Below are positions 15,262 to 18,733 of a DNA stretch of 18,733 nt, piece after piece. Made by a program: the position numbers and the translations under genes. Numbering within the stretch: the stretch's first letter is position 1; each line of letters opens with the position of its first letter. The stretch is from Planctomycetota bacterium (GTDB lineage: Bacteria; Planctomycetota; SZUA-567; H5-PLA8). Below the pieces are notes generated by a model. The model had not been told where the DNA came from and made no database searches. It was given only the letters and a program-made list of their open reading frames with translations. The stretch covers positions 1-18,733 of the forward strand of contig BTVV01000121.1 of the NCBI GenBank assembly GCA_045863855.1, written 5' to 3'.

Positions 15262-16779
15262 CTACGCCTGCACGTCGATCTGCGCCTTCTGCAGCTTGCC
15301 GCTGTAATCGACGTACACGCTCTTCCATTCGCTGAAGACATCCAGCACGGCCTGCCCGGCTTCGCGGTGCCCGTTCCCGGTGTTCTTCACGCCCCCGAAA
15401 GGCATGTGGACTTCGGCGCCGATGGTCGGGCCGTTGATGTACGTGATTCCGGCTTCTAAATCGCGAATCGCCCGGAACGCGCGGTTCACGTCGCGCGTGT
15501 AAATGCTGCTCGAAAGACCGTACGCCGTGCCGTTCAACACCTCCACCGCCTGCTCGAAACTGTTCACCTCAATCGCCGCGGTGACCGGCCCAAAGATTTC
15601 TTCCTGGGCGATGCGCATATCCGGCGTCACGCCGTCGAAGACCGTGGGCTCGTAGTACCAGCCGTGCTTATAGGCCGCTCCGGTTGGACGCCGCCCGCCG
15701 CACAGGAGTTTTGCGCCCTCTTCTTGTCCGATCGCCACATAGCGTTCGACGCGCTCGCGCTGCGCCTCGTTCACGAGCGGCCCGATCTGGTGGCGCTCGT
15801 TCAGCGGATCGCCCAAACGGAGCTTCTGCGCCGCCGCAACCAGCCGCTTCACGAACGTGCGCTTGATCTTGCGGTGCAGGATCAAGCGGCTCGTCGCCGT
15901 GCAGCGCTGCCCGGCCGTCCCGAACGCGCCCCACAGCGCGCCTTCCAGCGCGAGATCCAGGTCCGCGTCGTCCATCACGATCTGCGCGTTCTTGCCGCCC
16001 ATCTCCAGGCTGCAGCGCTTCAAATTCTGCCCGCACGCCCCCGCGATCAGGCTGCCGGTCTCGCACGAGCCCGTAAAGCTGATCAGGCGCACGTCCGGAT
16101 GATGCACCAGCGCCGCGCCGACTTCCTCGCCGAAGCCCTGCACGAGATTCACGACCCCAGGCGGCACGCCGGCGTCCCGAAGCGCCGCGGCGAACGCCGC
16201 GCCGCACGCCGGCGAGTCTTCCGCCGGCTTGAAGACCACCGTATTGCCGCACAGGATCGCCGGAAAAATCTTCCAGGCCGGGATCGCGACCGGGAAGTTC
16301 CACGGTGTGATCATCCCGCACACGCCCACCGGCACGCGCACGGCCATCGCGAACTTGCTGGGCAGTTCGCTGGTGGACGTATCGCCGAAGAGCCGGCGGC
16401 CCTCGCCGCTGTAGTACTCCGCGCAGTCGATCGCCTCCTGTACGTCGCCCCGCGATTCGACCAGCGGCTTGCCCATCTCGAACGACATGAGCTTCGAGAG
16501 CTTTTCCTTGCGATCGCGCAACACCGCCGCGCACTGCCGCAAGACCGCCCCGCGCAACGGAGGCGGCGTCAGCCGCCAGGCATCGTACGCCCCCTTGGCC
16601 GCCGCCACCGCCGCCTCGACCTCTTCCCGCCCCGACCGCGGAAACACCCCCACCACCTTCCGCCCATCCGCCGGACTGCGGCTCTCGAACGTCCGCCCCC
16701 CCGCCGCCGGCACCCAAGCGGATCCGACCAGGTTGGATGGAAGCGATCCGTTGCCGCCCACCAAGCACCCCATGACCAT
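15262..16779 (-). CDS. NAD(P)-dependent aldehyde dehydrogenase
   Basis: ITPWNFP, VFKPAE, SFTGS, LEMGGKN (catalytic Glu), GQRCTA (catalytic Cys), EEIFGPV, PFGGVKNTG. AAGGAG 5 nt before ATG 16779. The longer ORF to 17100 would overlap the divergent gene. Confidence 0.95.
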   Translation of the reverse strand: MVMGCLVGGNGSLPSNLVGSAWVPAAGGRTFESRSPADGRKVVGVFPRSGREEVEAAVAAAKGAYDAWRLTPPPLRGAVLRQCAAVLRDRKEKLSKLMSFEMGKPLVESRGDVQEAIDCAEYYSGEGRRLFGDTSTSELPSKFAMAVRVPVGVCGMITPWNFPVAIPAWKIFPAILCGNTVVFKPAEDSPACGAAFAAALRDAGVPPGVVNLVQGFGEEVGAALVHHPDVRLISFTGSCETGSLIAGACGQNLKRCSLEMGGKNAQIVMDDADLDLALEGALWGAFGTAGQRCTATSRLILHRKIKRTFVKRLVAAAQKLRLGDPLNERHQIGPLVNEAQRERVERYVAIGQEEGAKLLCGGRRPTGAAYKHGWYYEPTVFDGVTPDMRIAQEEIFGPVTAAIEVNSFEQAVEVLNGTAYGLSSSIYTRDVNRAFRAIRDLEAGITYINGPTIGAEVHMPFGGVKNTGNGHREAGQAVLDVFSEWKSVYVDYSGKLQKAQIDVQA

Positions 16780-16819
16780 GAATGCTCCTTCTAGAAAGCT
16801 TTTCCAAAACAACACTAAA

Positions 16820-16828
16820 AGTATATCA
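16820..16828 (-). promoter_or_regulatory. Candidate extended -10 promoter for the ALDH-led operon
   Basis: TGATATACT (TGn + TATACT) about 40 nt upstream of the ALDH ATG, in an AT-rich divergent spacer. No clear -35. Confidence 0.4.
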
Positions 16829-16942
16829 TACTTGCCTTCAAGAGCATGGAAAGCATTACTCGCGGCCAAGCATGGGCCATGATTGTCGTAATGCAGGTCG
16901 CAGAATGGTGGATTTTCACGATCCAGTACGGAAAATAGAACC

Positions 16943-18574
16943 ATGAATGAAATAAAGCCGGGCGGGGAAAAGGCTGCATTAGACGGCCTAGATTGGATTT
17001 TTATTATATTCATGACCGCTTTCACGAGCGCGTTACTAGTGGTTGCGTATTGGTCCATATCCTGGGAAGTCCACTGGGATGCCATGTGGCTGCATCGCAT
17101 CGCTTACTTGATTTTCGAGCGAGACTATGCGCCTTATCGGGATATTTTCGACCCCAATATGTATGGAAGCTTCATTCTGCATGGAATGGTAGGGGCAATT
17201 GGAGGGTATAATGACATAAGCTTGCGCATATTTGACCTGCTTTGGTTGGGCTTGATGTGTTTATGTATGTTTCGAATTCTATGTGTTCATTTTGACTGGA
17301 GATGCGCATGGTTTGCCCCCATTGCATACGCTTGGATTTATTTGAATCAGGATGAAACTCAATGCATTCAGCGTGAGCATTTGATGGTATTGCCGTTGCT
17401 GGCCGCATTGTGGGTTGCGGGAACGCCTTTATTGGCTGGCAAACCGCCGTGGCTGCGCCCCTTTTTTATCGGGATCCTTTATGGTTTAGGAGCTTCGATC
17501 AAGCCGCATTGTGTGGTGAGTTTGCCAGTGTTAGCCATAATTAATTTCGACGCCGCCCATTCGGGCGGATCGATTCTTGACTGGTTTCGATTGCGGAGGC
17601 CGAAAGAGGCTCTCATCGCTGGAATCTCCGCTATCGCAGGTTTCATGATTCCCTTGGCGTTAGGATTCGCATGGCTTTACCAAATGGGTTCACTCGGTGA
17701 TTTTTGGGTTATGGTTTATGAATACTGGCCGCTGCACCGTAAGCTTGCGCTAGTTAACGGCACGATGTATCCAACGCAGCAGCTTCCCAGTCTAGGGGAA
17801 CGCTTCGGGGGGTTTATTCGCTTTCAAAATTTCGGAAATCACGAGCTGCTATTCGCCGGAGTGGCGCTCGCATTGCTGACTGGGTATCGCTACTTCAAGG
17901 AAAGTAGACCTCATCGTTTAGCGGCGACTGCTATTTGCCTTTGTGTTTGCGCTCACGTTGCGGGGCTAATATTCATTGGAATCTATCACCCCTATTCATG
18001 GATGCCAATATTATGTTTTTTATGCATGCTACATTCATTGACATTTTGGCGTGCATCAAAACCTGGATCAAAGCTGATTCAAGTAGTTATATATTTGGCC
18101 TCCATCCTGGCATACGCTCACGGATCTGTTCATATAAACGTGAGCACGCGGTTGCAGTGGTCCGGCTTGCCGCCGAAGACATACTGGTCAAGGCAAGTCG
18201 ATGGAATTATGGCATGCTTGAAGGCCCGATTAAGGCCGGACGATAAGGTGCAACCATTCGACATTTTGGGCGGATCAGACCGCGCGCTGACTCTGCTTGG
18301 CGCCGACAACGGAACATTCTTGGCATGCGAGCACTTCTTGAACTTTCACGTTCGAAATCCAGCTGTCATCAGAATTAGAGATCGGTTTTGGTTAGAATTA
18401 ACGAGGAATAAGCCAAGACTGATTGTCATCGTCAATCAATTAAGGCTTTATTCGCTGGATCCGCAGGACGATGGAGAATATTCCGAAAAAATCAATAAGT
18501 GGCTTTCTGAAAACTACAATAAGGCGTGTCAAGCAGATGGATTTGTCGTACTCGAGCGCAAACCCGAAGAGTAG
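16943..18574 (+). CDS. Low-GC polytopic membrane protein, probable GT-C (ArnT/PMT-like) glycosyltransferase
   Basis: Many TM segments. Acidic loop after TM1 (HWDA...APYRDIFDPNMYG), QREH, GASIKPH, and a soluble C-terminal domain with KPRLIV. Layout is typical of GT39/GT83-like proteins; it is not an AftB-type paralogue. Confidence 0.65.
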   Translation: MNEIKPGGEKAALDGLDWIFIIFMTAFTSALLVVAYWSISWEVHWDAMWLHRIAYLIFERDYAPYRDIFDPNMYGSFILHGMVGAIGGYNDISLRIFDLLWLGLMCLCMFRILCVHFDWRCAWFAPIAYAWIYLNQDETQCIQREHLMVLPLLAALWVAGTPLLAGKPPWLRPFFIGILYGLGASIKPHCVVSLPVLAIINFDAAHSGGSILDWFRLRRPKEALIAGISAIAGFMIPLALGFAWLYQMGSLGDFWVMVYEYWPLHRKLALVNGTMYPTQQLPSLGERFGGFIRFQNFGNHELLFAGVALALLTGYRYFKESRPHRLAATAICLCVCAHVAGLIFIGIYHPYSWMPILCFLCMLHSLTFWRASKPGSKLIQVVIYLASILAYAHGSVHINVSTRLQWSGLPPKTYWSRQVDGIMACLKARLRPDDKVQPFDILGGSDRALTLLGADNGTFLACEHFLNFHVRNPAVIRIRDRFWLELTRNKPRLIVIVNQLRLYSLDPQDDGEYSEKINKWLSENYNKACQADGFVVLERKPEE

Positions 18575-18733
18575 CCGCGAATTTTACGGGAAATGCATAC
18601 CTATATGGACGATACGGATTGCCCCTGTGAATGAGAGGAGGTATTACTCGCTTCCATTGCTATTTCCGTTTAAAATATTCCCGCGCACCGATTCGGCCGG
18701 AAGCCCGTCGGCGATTCGCTTCATTCGAGCCGA

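Noticed and set aside
9558..16807. Long antisense or off-frame ORFs (9558..10565, 11389..12630, 13377..15341, 15664..16794, 15668..16807)
   Set aside because: Each lies over a motif-supported gene and is explained by codon bias.
16780..17100. N-terminal extension of the ALDH ORF
   Set aside because: It overlaps the divergent low-GC gene, and the AAGGAG RBS marks ATG 16779.

Overview
GC-rich bacterial window with two parts; the style suggests Planctomycetota or a similar lineage (inference only). Left (1-7.4 kb): a 5'-truncated multi-GAF/PAS hybrid histidine kinase behind a poly-G/C contig-edge artefact, a secreted hypothetical protein with a duplicated 25-aa motif, a membrane-anchored PA14 protein with an Arg-Arg/Ser-rich N-terminal tail, a candidate ~160-nt structured RNA, and a sigma-54 (NtrC-family) response regulator. 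Right (7.5-18.6 kb): a surface-glycosylation locus. Two paralogous AftB-like (GT89, GT-C fold) transferases face each other across a tight four-gene cassette: a GDP-fucose-synthase-like epimerase/reductase, an RGP/GT75 pyranose-furanose mutase homologue, a DPM1-like GT2 and a Cj1427-like NDP-sugar C4 dehydrogenase. An aldehyde dehydrogenase leads the minus-strand run, and a low-GC third GT-C gene is divergent from it. Best hypothesis: a nucleotide-sugar route to a lipid-linked furanose (probably L-galactofuranose-type, which has the same ring stereochemistry as D-arabinofuranose) feeding AftB-like enzymes. This would be an alternative to the mycobacterial PRPP/DprE1-DprE2 route. All family calls come from remembered motifs; no searches were run.
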